Below are positions 46,668 through 57,825 of a stretch of DNA of 64,000 nt, piece by piece. The position numbers were made by a program, and so were the translations under genes. Below the pieces are notes generated by a model, which saw nothing but the letters and a program-made list of their open reading frames with translations, was not told the origin of the DNA and ran no database searches. The stretch lies in NCBI GenBank assembly GCA_047495785.1, contig JBLDXI010000023.1:806001-870000 (forward strand), written 5' to 3'. The stretch is from Lepidodermella squamata (taxonomy: Eukaryota; Animalia; Gastrotricha). The stretch's first letter is position 1; every line of letters begins with the position of its first letter.

Positions 46668-47937
46668 TCAATCTTGCATGCTGAGGCGGGCCCATGTGAT
46701 GATATGCAGAATGATCAGCAGGGCAACAGCGCATAAGAACCCAATTATATCGATAAGATTGCCGCGAGTTCTGCGGCCGATTTTCTCCTCCATCCACTCC
46801 TTATATCCATTTGAAAGCAGGCACATAGCCGCGGCATAGATTGTGGAAAAAAGGCCGAAAAGGCACTGGTACAGCACGTAGTAACAGGCCACAACTTCCT
46901 CCGGCGATTGCGGCAGGCTGTCAACTACATTTGTCTGAACGACGAAAAGCGACAGCATGACCAAGCAAATGAAGCCAGAACGGTCTGGCATATCTCGAGG
47001 GATGAGATACCCAGCCAGGACGAGGATGCATAGGATGAAGCAAGGTGCGAAGATGTTGAGGATGTAGTAGCCGGGTTTGCGGTAGAATGTCATTGTATAC
47101 GTCACCTGGGTGTAGTAGAGCGGAACGCTTAGGCCGCTCATCATTACATTTTCGGTGCGGGAGCTGTAGTTCGACCAGTATTTGCCCAACTCCCAGTTTC
47201 CGTTCGATGGCATGAAAGCATCGCTGTTGAATGGCTCGATCACAGAGGCAGACTTGAAATTCACCGTCGGTTCAGATTGGCCAAGGCGGATAATAATAGA
47301 GCAATCTTGTCTGAAGAAAAATAAATATAAAAAATTAGTAGCGAGCTAAGAAACCATTTGTTAAGGAATGATTAGAATTTGGTTAAGGAAAATTATATGT
47401 TGTGGCTTACTTGTCGAAAGGAAATTTCCGCACTTTCATGTTGCACGAACTAGTGACGACGCCCATTGTCAGCAGTCGAAATAGGCCTAATTGCGGCCAA
47501 ATCGTCAGAGACTGGAAAAAGTCATTGCCCGCATTCATCGCGTTGCCGGTGACGCTGTTGACGAGCAGCAGGCTCGGCGTCCAATACGCCGTCATGTCTT
47601 CATTGCTGAACAAGCCAAACTGCTTCGGCCACCAGTCCTTATACTTGATGTAAGCATCTTTTACGCACTTCACTTGCCAGGATGCTTCGAAGGACGCGAC
47701 AAAGGTGAACGTTTCAGCCACGTTATCCAGGCCCATGAATCGATCGGGCATCAGCAGCATGTGCATGTCTTGCCCTTGAGCTTCAAGCTCACCTGGTGAG
47801 TTGGCATTCGACGCTATGCTTGGACAGGCCGCGAAGAGTGAAGCCGTTGCGTTGGCTTTGACGTTGACAGGACCGGAGCTGTTATCGCTGCGAACCGAGC
47901 CGGCTAGTGCTAGACCAAAAATCAACAAACGAAACAT
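46668..47937 (-). CDS. Divergent Cys-loop pLGIC subunit, 2 exons (47937-47411, 47310-46668), 389 aa
   Basis: A 100-bp phase-2 GT-AG intron splits the Cys-loop, which splices to CNMKVRKFPFDKQDC. 4 TM. PRDMPDRSGFICLVML. Confidence 0.92.
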
Positions 47938-48479
47938 GTTTTGAAAAGACGCAATGACCCATCGGCCGGCGTCGAACTTGAGTCACCTTGCTGTGAGTAG
48001 GATTTAATTTCCTGAACCACGCTCGAACCCTAGGCACTTGATTAATTTTCTGCGTTGTTTTCATCGCTCGAAAACAGATTTCGAACAGAAAGCTCTAGAC
48101 TCGCCGGAAATATATCTGTTTTCTTAGCTGGGGAACATGTGCCTGTATCTGCCATGATTTGCTTCAGCTCTATTTGACCTTTGCGAAAAAAAACGATGCG
48201 AAGAGCGTAGATTTAATTAAAATTCGGTTCCAGAACAAACAATATTGCATTCATTCGAAAATCCCCTGTGAAAACCTAACAATCGCATTCGCGTTTCAGA
48301 ATCTGAAGTGATAACTGTCAAAATGCTGTCACTGTCTGGTTTATGATCAAGCTATAATGCTTACTCAGTTCGTAAGTATAGTGAAGTACATGAAGCTACG
48401 GGGGTGTATTGTACCTCCTGGTCTGCAGTTAAAGGCGAAAACATATCTATGGGCAAAAAATCTGAAATGAAAGCACATG

Positions 48480-49051
48480 CATTATACTCCTGTTTTGCAG
48501 GTCAAAGGTCACACGTGCACACGTGATCAAAACGTGTGATCAAAACACTAAACTTTTAGGTTGTTGCTAGTGTGGTAGTTTCGTCGTTTCGTCATTTCGT
48601 CATTTCGTCACCATGAAAAAAAAATAAAAATAAAATGTTGTGAGCTGGAGTCGAACTATCAACCTCTGGTTTCCTGAGCTATAGCTTGAACCGCTAAACC
48701 ACACAGGAGACACATGGGACCCGTCTTAGAATCAATTGATATAGGCCACAGTTAAAGCATACTTCAACAAGATAGATGCACACGATTTTAAGACAACTTG
48801 CTTGCTTAGTGGTTCCAGCACTAGCACTCGAAACCAGAGGTTGATAATTCGACTCCAGCTCATATCATTTTTTTTATTTTTTTCCAAGTTTTTTCGGTCT
48901 TTTGGAAGTTTTTCAAAGTGACGAATTGACGAAATGACGAACCCACCACCAACTTAACAACAAGCAACAACCTAAAAGTTTAGTGTTTTGATCACACGTT
49001 TTGATCACGTGTGCACGTGTGACCTTTGACCTGCAAAACAGGAGTATAATG
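48480..49051. mobile_element. Foldback element with ~89-bp perfect terminal inverted repeats and inverted tRNA-like internal segments
   Basis: CATTATACTCCTGTTTTGCAGGTCAAAGGTCACACGTG...GGTTGTTGCT is exactly mirrored at ~48963-49051. Internal 48641-48700 / 48807-48862 are inverted copies with A/B-box-like motifs. A related end lies at ~56070-56113. Confidence 0.85.
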
Positions 49052-49935
49052 ATGGGTACTATTCGTCCGAAAGCAGCAGGAATATGCCATTGGGTAGCGC
49101 ATTAGGGCCAATGCTAATGGCTTGTATTATACAAAATGGTTGTATCACGTCTAGAGATCAATGTCCGTTTAAAATTCCGACCCATTTTCATTACGCGAGT
49201 CCCAAAATTGAAACGGGAGAGTTGGGTTGATTACCTGATTGGATCGCCAAGAAAATCATAATCGCCGGATGGAGTCGGCGAAACTATTCGACTAGCACCG
49301 CCTATTTTGGTGTCCGCAACCAGAGCTGTCGATCACGTTTAACTTTCCACCGCGAGTGACGTTTCTGCGTGCAACCGATCGATAAAAAACAACGCAATAG
49401 AGTTTTGGTGTTGAAAATGCCTTTTGGTGATCTAAAATCTAAATGGTCGCTTTGGTGATGAAACTTATGACACCCAATCACATCAATACTAGCTAAATCT
49501 GACAAACCCGTCAATGCAAATTGGATTCTGATTTTTGCGCCACGCGTCGCATGTAAAAATCAAAATAGCACTTTGCCTTTTGCCTCATGGGAAAAGATTC
49601 TTGGCTGGCGCCTCTGTTTCTCACGACCGCCAATTGTTATCCATTGTATTATCAATTGTCGTTTTTTTTAATTTTTAATTTGCTCCATGATATACTCATT
49701 GAGCTAATTTTTGGAATTCTAAGTTGAAGTTGAATTTTTTGAAATAGCGAGGCGAAGATCATTCGCGAATGAAGTTTCGACGCTTTGTTTACCTTCGAAT
49801 GCCGCTCCAGTATTGTGAAACCTCGCGCGCATTATCGATTCGACAGCAACGCCAGACGGATGAGGAAATTGGAGTTAGTATCACTGAGCTCGTCAGTTAC
49901 CACAGTCGCAATTTCATCTCTCCGACTTCGGAGAC

Positions 49936-51081
49936 ATGGCAATAGTATTTCTGGCTGTCATTGCTGTTTTGAACGTTTATCGTGCATTGGCTGAACCCGC
50001 ATATGAAAGCAGTATCAAGGATTTCGATCCCACCACAACCATTCTGAGCAACTGTAGAATAGCTCCAACTGTCAACTCGCCAACTGAACTAGCCAACAAA
50101 ACTACTTCTCTCACCATAGAACTACGTCCTCATCGTCTATTGGAACTGGACGACATCAGTGAAACTTTCACCATTCACGGGAAACTCACAGTTTTCTACA
50201 AAGTGAAATGCATTTTCGATTTGTACAACGGTAGTGTTGCGTGGCCAGCGAGCATCACGTATCTAATGATGGAGGACCATAGTAAATACTGGTTCCCACC
50301 TTTGCTACACCAAAATTCGGTGGGTAACCCAGCGATGGTCGAAGGTTTTCATAGGTTGCTTAAAATTACGGTGGATAGAGGCTACGTCTTTTTTGCTTTA
50401 ACGGGAAAGTTTACGTCCTATTGCGACATGGAGGTGACTTATTTTCCATTCGATGTTCAAGAGTGTACCATCGAGTTTGAGCTCGCTCAAGACACTAGGT
50501 ACTCCGTTATCGTTAAATCTAGCTTATTTAGTATGCAGCCGAATATCTTGAAGAAGAACTCAGACTGGCTAATATCGAAAAGTTCCAGTTCGTTTGGCCC
50601 ATCCAAATTGAACGATTCAAGCTTTGCCAGCTTCAGCTTCGAATTAAAGCGGAAGCCACAATATTTTCTGATGTACTTATTCGCACCAAATTTTATTCTC
50701 AGTATACTGGTTTTGGCGTCGTTTTTCATCCCGGCCCATGCTCCAGACCGCCCTGCTTTAACCTGCACTGCCATGCTTGCGATTTTCGTTCTCCAAGACA
50801 ACATCCAAGCTAATTTGCCGAAAACTCCCGGCCCGATCATTGCTGGCATTTTTAGCTTGTCACAAGCTGCTATTGCAGCTGTCTGTGTTCTATACGAAGC
50901 GATCATGTGCGGAATCCTTAACAACTTTCCCGCAATTGCCCAGAAAAACTTTACAATTTTAAACAAAAAAGTGGCTCGCTATGTGATCATCGACATATTT
51001 ATGTTTCAGTTCGCTTTCTTTATGTACTTCATTTCGATCGCTGCAGTTATCTTTTTATTGAGACGACCTTGGGGCAGTTGA
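49936..51081 (+). CDS. Divergent Cys-loop pLGIC subunit (subfamily C), single exon, 381 aa
   Basis: Close paralog of 16438..17583, including flanks (16225-17760 vs 49738-51234). Confidence 0.95.
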   Translation: MAIVFLAVIAVLNVYRALAEPAYESSIKDFDPTTTILSNCRIAPTVNSPTELANKTTSLTIELRPHRLLELDDISETFTIHGKLTVFYKVKCIFDLYNGSVAWPASITYLMMEDHSKYWFPPLLHQNSVGNPAMVEGFHRLLKITVDRGYVFFALTGKFTSYCDMEVTYFPFDVQECTIEFELAQDTRYSVIVKSSLFSMQPNILKKNSDWLISKSSSSFGPSKLNDSSFASFSFELKRKPQYFLMYLFAPNFILSILVLASFFIPAHAPDRPALTCTAMLAIFVLQDNIQANLPKTPGPIIAGIFSLSQAAIAAVCVLYEAIMCGILNNFPAIAQKNFTILNKKVARYVIIDIFMFQFAFFMYFISIAAVIFLLRRPWGS

Positions 51082-51758
51082 ATGCAGGTCATTTATAATT
51101 TTTAGTTATTTAGTTTGGCTATAAATATATATAAATATTATATTTTATATATTTTATCAATGGTAGTCTAAAATTGCTTACTTCTTTCGAGCTGTGAATA
51201 AATATACCAGTCTTCACCCGCGAAACAGAGCTTCAGATGATTATTCTCGCTATGTGCTAGCGTAGAGCGAAGTAAGACCGCGGAACTCGTAGGGATAAGG
51301 AAAATCGACATAAGGGTCAAGGGTCCCTCATTTGGTTTTGGACTGAGCTCACCTTGTGGACCCATGGAACTGGTAGGGGGTAGGGATGATCCCTACCATC
51401 CCTAGCGGTACTTCGCTCTCTGATTGTTATCAATGGCGATATCATCGGTTGCTAGCGATGATCACAAAAATAACGAAAGAGGTTGGGATAATTTTCTGAC
51501 AAACTCTAGTACCTAGTATTTTCTTCCATGTAAGCCGAAGAAACAACGAATTGGCGTAGAATCAACTGGTTCACCTTGACAATAATTTTCCCACAATTAG
51601 ATTACCGGAAAAAAATGGTGAAATGGCAAACCTTAATGAATTTCTGATGTGCGCATTGCGGAGGAATAGCTCGCTTAATGCATTCCAGGAATATGCCCCA
51701 TAAATACACATCGCGTCTGTAAGTTTTCCAAATCAATGTTATTCATAATTTTTTGAAA

Positions 51759-54149
51759 ATGCTGTCGCGATTTACACTTATAATGATTTTGCTCCTTGCC
51801 CCTGTTTCTTGCTTAGTGGCGAATCGAAGCAAGCTAAGATTATTGGTGCTATCCCCTATCGCTGGGATAGATGCGAAACAGTACCAATCCCGACTATTGG
51901 CCATGCAAATCGCAGTAGACCGAGTGAATACCAACCAGGATATTCTCAGCGGCTATGAAGTCGAGCTCGTAATTCGTGACGAGTTGCTAGGCAACGTCGC
52001 AGTGCAACGCCTTGTCGAATTCCGAAGAGAACCCGAATCTCTAGGCTACCAAAGCCCGATAGTCCTGGGACCGGCTCTGTCAACAGGTTGCAAAGCTATT
52101 GGCGGGGTGTTGCGCTACTCTAATTCGGTTGCGTTGAGTACCTTTTGCTCCGCCCCTTTTTTAAGCGGCCACAATTTGTACCCGAATCTGTACCTCTCAA
52201 TCACAACGTCGAAAACAGCCGGCCTAGCTATGCTGCAGTTCATTCAAATTGTTGGCAAGTGGAAAAAGATCGGCATCCACGCTACGTCAGCGAGCTTATT
52301 CGATTACGCAACAGCTTTATTCGTCTATGATCGAGCGATTTCAAATGGACTGACCGTCCCTGTATTGAATCTTTTCACGGACATAAACAATGTCAATCGA
52401 GATATGATGGAGACGTTGAAATCGTCTGGCTTGAGAGTTTTTGTCATAACAATAGGAGGCGCGGTGACGGTTAACAAATTTCTATGTGAGGCGTATCTTG
52501 CTGGGATTTCAGGGCCTAGATACGTTTTCCTAACTTTGACCACAGCTTACTCCCTCACGCCATCGCAAGGATGTCCCAGGGAGGGTTTGATCTCCCAACT
52601 TAGGCAAACCTTCTACTTCGGGAATTCAGTAAAACCTGATAATTACACTTTATCGACTGATTTGGGCTACACCCCTAGAGATTACGAGAGGAGAATGGAT
52701 TTTTTGATGAATGGGACCTCGGACGATTATCTAACTTCCTATGTAGTTCACGACGCTTTGCTGAGTGTTTTGGTGGCGCTCGATGAAACCGAGAAACGTC
52801 TGAGTTACTCGAGTTACAACTTGACGCTGCGCGACTACGCTCGATTTCCTGAGATTGTCGCTCGTGTCGCGGATGAGGCACTTAGGACTAAGGAAGTTAC
52901 GGGGGTTCGCGTTGGCAGAATGTCTTTCGGCGCGCAGGGGCTCATGCAGGGTGACATCCAAGCCGCATCGCAGTGGGATCCGCGAAACGGACTACAAAAT
53001 TTCGCACTAGTACGGCAAAAAATCAATAGCGGCTATGGCGAGTTTGACTTTCAGAGTTACAGTTTCGAAATTGTGGCAAAAATATCATGGATACAAAACA
53101 GAATCCCGAGGGATCAACCTTTAGTCGACAAGGATGATCTGAATTTTCCGGATGGGGGTTTTATTTTAGCTTGGATTTTGATTTCCTCTACAACGCTGGC
53201 TCAACTAAGTTCACTTATATGGATTTCAACTCGAAAAGTCGACTTCAAATTTGCAAAAATTCTTGGACTGCTTGGCTGCATGATTTTGAATGCTTCAGCT
53301 GGGACATTCAGTATAGATCGGTCTGTTGATAGTTCGTATCTAGCCGTGAGTTCGTTCATGTTGCTCGGAATCGGTTCAATAATAATTTTTAGCACGATAT
53401 CACTCCGATTTTTCGCAATCAACAATTTCGTCAACGAATCTTTGGAAGTTAGGATTCAGAGAACAGCCAAAAGTGCGCTTGACCTCTTGAATCTCGGATC
53501 AGGTAACAACACCCCAAGGTCGAGCCATATTCAGCATCATAAACCGAAGGAAACATCAGTAAAAAAGCGCGTTTCTAACTTTCCATCGGGTGCTACACTG
53601 ACCTTTGACAAACAAACTGTGAAATGGACCCTGGTTTGGTTGCTCGCGAATTTGAACTTCATGGTTGGTTGGCTGGCTAGCCAAGACATGAAATGTACGT
53701 CTCTAATGGCCAACGAGCCTGTCTACCACGAAATATCTGACACGATTGAGGAAAAATGGGTGATTAGATGTGACTTCAGCTCGAGGTACAAATCAATTGG
53801 CTGGGCGTTGCTCGGAGCTGTTGGATTGGCTCAATTTTTTCTTCTCCTTAGCGCTGCGATGCTGGTGTTAAAATTGAGGCAAATTAAAGAGGTTTCGCAG
53901 CACTGTTGCGAGTTTTGGCCGGGTTGCCTTGGAGTGATGGCTGGAGCAACCCTCTTACCAGCTGGTTTTGTAATTGCACTGATATTTGGTACCAATGCGA
54001 TACAGGAGCAAGTCGCATTAACGTTTGTGGTTTCCATTGCATCAGCGGCGGTATCCGTGCCGTGGATATACCCTAGTTTTATTCGGAAGCGCAGGCTAGT
54101 AGCAGCTGTCTCCATTACAATAGGCACTCCATGGGTTGTTAACTCTTAG
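51759..54149 (+). CDS. Class C GPCR, GABA-B-like architecture (Venus flytrap + 7TM, no Cys-rich domain), single exon, 796 aa
   Basis: Signal peptide. VFT motifs AMQIAVDRVN..DILSGYEV, VLGP, LS..LYPNL, WKKIG, LCEAY.AGI.GPRYVF. Then hydrophobic TM segments and a very short C-tail. Confidence 0.85.
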   Translation: MLSRFTLIMILLLAPVSCLVANRSKLRLLVLSPIAGIDAKQYQSRLLAMQIAVDRVNTNQDILSGYEVELVIRDELLGNVAVQRLVEFRREPESLGYQSPIVLGPALSTGCKAIGGVLRYSNSVALSTFCSAPFLSGHNLYPNLYLSITTSKTAGLAMLQFIQIVGKWKKIGIHATSASLFDYATALFVYDRAISNGLTVPVLNLFTDINNVNRDMMETLKSSGLRVFVITIGGAVTVNKFLCEAYLAGISGPRYVFLTLTTAYSLTPSQGCPREGLISQLRQTFYFGNSVKPDNYTLSTDLGYTPRDYERRMDFLMNGTSDDYLTSYVVHDALLSVLVALDETEKRLSYSSYNLTLRDYARFPEIVARVADEALRTKEVTGVRVGRMSFGAQGLMQGDIQAASQWDPRNGLQNFALVRQKINSGYGEFDFQSYSFEIVAKISWIQNRIPRDQPLVDKDDLNFPDGGFILAWILISSTTLAQLSSLIWISTRKVDFKFAKILGLLGCMILNASAGTFSIDRSVDSSYLAVSSFMLLGIGSIIIFSTISLRFFAINNFVNESLEVRIQRTAKSALDLLNLGSGNNTPRSSHIQHHKPKETSVKKRVSNFPSGATLTFDKQTVKWTLVWLLANLNFMVGWLASQDMKCTSLMANEPVYHEISDTIEEKWVIRCDFSSRYKSIGWALLGAVGLAQFFLLLSAAMLVLKLRQIKEVSQHCCEFWPGCLGVMAGATLLPAGFVIALIFGTNAIQEQVALTFVVSIASAAVSVPWIYPSFIRKRRLVAAVSITIGTPWVVNS

Positions 54150-54429
54150 GTTTGAATATTAGTCGTAACTCGCTTGACCTAACATTATTATTGATATCGG
54201 TTGGATAATAATTGTTGACGTCTTTTGTAGAATCACGGTTAAATTGTTAACTGTTCTTGTTCTGTGCCGAATAACAGAATAAATGGTTGAAATTGCATGT
54301 TTTTAACTAGAGAAGAGGTTTAGAAACAATTCAGAGCAGGAGGTAACGAATATCCACTAAAATTACTTTATGACGAATAGCACGATGGAGGCGGCATTTT
54401 TTTACAAATAACTAGCAATAAGAGTCTAC

Positions 54430-55557
54430 CTACATGATCAATTTATAAGTGATTATAATTAGCAAGACCAGCGTTAAAAAGAACGATAGGAAGGCTATGA
54501 AATCCACAAAATCACGAACAGTAACTCGCTTCCTCAAACATGCAACTTTGATCGATCTATCAGCTGTTTCGGGAAATCGATTGATAAGTGTGCACATCAC
54601 GCCCGAGTACAGCGTGCATAGCATCGCGTAGATCGTCTGGCCGAGTATGTAGTAAGAAATCACGATAGGCTGTGGTGTTCTGGGCAAAACAGCCGATATC
54701 TGGCTCTGAAGCACAAACACCGACATCATGATAGTAGCAGCGAACGTCGGCCGATCTGGAGCATCAGGTGGTACCAGGAAGCTACCCAGGACGAGAATCG
54801 TGAGAATAAAGCTCGGGGCGATTAGGCTGAGAACGAAATAATCGGGTTTCCTCTTGAGCTCAAGCTTGAAATGAATCTTCTGCAACTTGAAATTGATACC
54901 TTTGATAGCTTCGTCATAAAACGTCAAAACAGAGCTGACGTTCATCAATTCCCAGTTGGCATTATCAGGCATGAAATCATTAGACATACCTAGAATATAT
55001 GCGCCCGTAACAGCGGTATTCACAACGAAGCCGCCGAGTTTCAGCCTGATTTCACAAATTTGGCTATCGAACGGGAAGTCGAAGAGTTTTAAATTGCATG
55101 ATGACGTAATTACGCCGTAGAAGGCATGCGTGAATAGGCCCGATGACACGTTCACATCCAATCGCTGCAGCGAGCCGTCGATGCCCGATTCCATGCCGAT
55201 ATTCGTGAGACTGTTTTCATGCATTATATCAGGTTTCCAGATCATATCACGGTCGACGTCTACAATTTGGAGGTATTTTGGCCATTCAGGGCTTTGGTAG
55301 GCCTTGGCTACGCATGGTACGCTCCAATATGTAAGGAGAACGCCTACGACTGTAAGCTTTTCGCCGACATCGTCGATTTCGCCAAATCTCTCGCCTTTGA
55401 AAGAGAGGGAGATGTTTGTAGGAACGCGAATTGCTTCGGACGGTGAAGTGACGTGACGACTAACGTTGCACCGCGATAAGATGAAGTCGGTAGGGGAAGT
55501 GTAACTGAAAACGAATGCCGCGTTCCTCAAAAACAACAGAGCAAGTAGACTGATCAT
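54430..55557 (-). CDS. Divergent Cys-loop pLGIC subunit (subfamily D), single exon, 375 aa
   Basis: CNLKLFDFPFDSQIC, KRKP, 4 TM, PPDAPDRPTFAATIMM. Confidence 0.95.
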   Translation of the reverse strand: MISLLALLFLRNAAFVFSYTSPTDFILSRCNVSRHVTSPSEAIRVPTNISLSFKGERFGEIDDVGEKLTVVGVLLTYWSVPCVAKAYQSPEWPKYLQIVDVDRDMIWKPDIMHENSLTNIGMESGIDGSLQRLDVNVSSGLFTHAFYGVITSSCNLKLFDFPFDSQICEIRLKLGGFVVNTAVTGAYILGMSNDFMPDNANWELMNVSSVLTFYDEAIKGINFKLQKIHFKLELKRKPDYFVLSLIAPSFILTILVLGSFLVPPDAPDRPTFAATIMMSVFVLQSQISAVLPRTPQPIVISYYILGQTIYAMLCTLYSGVMCTLINRFPETADRSIKVACLRKRVTVRDFVDFIAFLSFFLTLVLLIIITYKLIM

Positions 55558-56153
55558 ATTTCCAGCGAAAAAACTAAATATCTATGTAGCATCTGAGTAA
55601 TACCAACTCAGTAATAGCGCATGCGGTAATATTTGTTCTTCAATCAATCAGGCTTCCGGGTAATTATTTCAGTATTTTAAATGTTTGAATAATCACTCAA
55701 AAAACAGCAGAATCGCTATCATAGATTTTTAAATAGTGAATATTTACGCCGCAGCCCAAGATTTAAGCTTTCCAGCGTTTTGCGATTTGACTTTCGACCT
55801 TGAATATCAGCTAAGATTTGTGCATCTCAATTTGCGATTTGCGAGGTTGTATCGCTCAGTAAGGAATTTACAGCTTTAAGCATAAATCACACCGTGCCAT
55901 ACTATTGTGTTGGCTGCTTGAAGTGTTCAAACTTTTTCAGATCCTGTGTGTGTGTTGAAAGACCCTCGCCATAGATAATACGTAGTAAAGATCGGGCGCT
56001 TACGATCCTATCATAGTTTGAAGCGTTGAGGGTGCAAAGGTCACTCGAGTGCAAAGGCACCTTTTATCCATTATACTTCGGTTTTGCAGGATCAAAGTGC
56101 GCGTGCCCACGTGAAATTCAACTGCAGAGCATAGAATAAGAAGCAAGTTTTAA

Positions 56154-57281
56154 TTACATGATCAACTTATAAGTGATGATGATAAGCAAGGCCAGAGTTA
56201 TAAAGAAAGCCAGGAAAGCTAAAAAATCCACAAAATCACGAACGGTAACTCGTTTCCTCAAACATGCCACGTTTATCGATCTATCAGCCGCTTCAGGAAA
56301 TCGATTGATAAGCGTGCAAATCACGCCGGAATACAGAGTGCATAGCATCGCATAGATTGTCTGTCCGAGAATGTAATAAGAAATCACAATAGGCTGTGGT
56401 GTTCTGGGCAAAACCGCTGAAATCTGACTCTGAAGGACGAAAATCGACATCATGATTGTGGCGGCGAAAGTCGGCCGATCTGGAGCATCAGGTGGTACCA
56501 AGAAGCTACCCAGAACTAAAATAGTGAGAATAAAGCTTGGAGCAATGAGGCTGAGAACGAAATAGTCGGGTTTCCTCTTGAGCTTGAACTTGAAATGGAT
56601 CTTTTGCAACTTGAAGCTGAGGCCCCGGATAGTTTCCTCATAAATCGTCAAACTGGAAGTTACATTCAATAATTTCCAGTTAGCATTTTCAGGCATGAAT
56701 TCGTGGGATAAACCAATTATTTCTGTGTTATTAACTGCGATATCTGGTATGAAGGTGCCGAGTTTCAGTCTGATTTCACATATTTGGCTATCAAACGGGA
56801 AGTCGAAGAGTTGTAAATTGCACGACGAAACAATTACGCCGTAGAAGAAATGCGTGAAAATGCCCATGGTCATGTTGAGCTCCAATCGCCTCAGCGAGCC
56901 GTCGATTCCCGATTCCATGCCGATATTGGTTACGCTGTTTTCATGCAGTAGATCAGGAGTCCAGAACATCTCACGGTCTACCCTTATAGTTTGGAGGTAT
57001 TTTGGCCATTCAGGGTTGCGGTAAGCTTTGACTACGCATGGCACGAGCCAGTTAGTAGTTACAATGCCTACGACTGTTAGCGTTTCGCCGACATCGTCGA
57101 TTTCGCGGAATCGCTCGCCACTGAAAGAAACGAGAATTTTCGTAGGAACGCCGTCTGCTTCGGACGGTGAGTTGATATTACGGCCCACATTGCACCGAGA
57201 TAGAATAAAGTCGGCCGGTGAAGTATTGTTCAAGCAAGTTGCTGCGTTGCTCAAAAATAACAGTGCGAATAAACCGATCAT
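56154..57281 (-). CDS. Divergent Cys-loop pLGIC subunit (subfamily D), single exon, 375 aa
   Basis: Tandem paralog of 54430..55557. CNLQLFDFPFDSQIC. Confidence 0.95.
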   Translation of the reverse strand: MIGLFALLFLSNAATCLNNTSPADFILSRCNVGRNINSPSEADGVPTKILVSFSGERFREIDDVGETLTVVGIVTTNWLVPCVVKAYRNPEWPKYLQTIRVDREMFWTPDLLHENSVTNIGMESGIDGSLRRLELNMTMGIFTHFFYGVIVSSCNLQLFDFPFDSQICEIRLKLGTFIPDIAVNNTEIIGLSHEFMPENANWKLLNVTSSLTIYEETIRGLSFKLQKIHFKFKLKRKPDYFVLSLIAPSFILTILVLGSFLVPPDAPDRPTFAATIMMSIFVLQSQISAVLPRTPQPIVISYYILGQTIYAMLCTLYSGVICTLINRFPEAADRSINVACLRKRVTVRDFVDFLAFLAFFITLALLIIITYKLIM

Positions 57282-57825
57282 TTTTCCACCAAAATACTGA
57301 CTATTAGCTCAGAATTTCGAGAACCAACTAGTTCAACTCAGTAATAGCTTGCGGTTCTATTTGTTCCTCAATCAATCAGGCTTCCGGGAAACTATTTCTG
57401 TCGTACAAATGTGTGTATAATCGTAATTCTCGTGCATAAAGCTGAATCGATCATTAATCCTGATTGTCTGGCCTCGTTATCGGAGATTTTAAACTGGATC
57501 GTACCTCATAAACTTTCATTTTCCACATTACAAAATTTCTTTTGGTACCAGCGGCGATCACACCCCAGCTCCGGGACTACAACCTGAGGCTGAAAAACCA
57601 CAGGGGGGGGGGGGGGGAATCCTTTGGTTTCTTCAGCTGGTCCTGCTTTCAATTTACCTATGGCAGCTTTCGATTTTGGCTTTCAATAGCAAAATCCGCA
57701 CCAATAAATCGAAATCGGGCCCATCCCACAAATGTCAATCCTGTCGTCTATTTATTACAACGTGAAAGCAAAATACGTGGCTAAATGTTTAGGGTAATAT
57801 ATTCAGGATTCCAGTCAAAGCGCTG

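Noticed and set aside
48641-48862. tRNA genes
   Set aside because: Only A/B-box-like motifs without a convincing cloverleaf. They are inverted internal parts of a foldback repeat.
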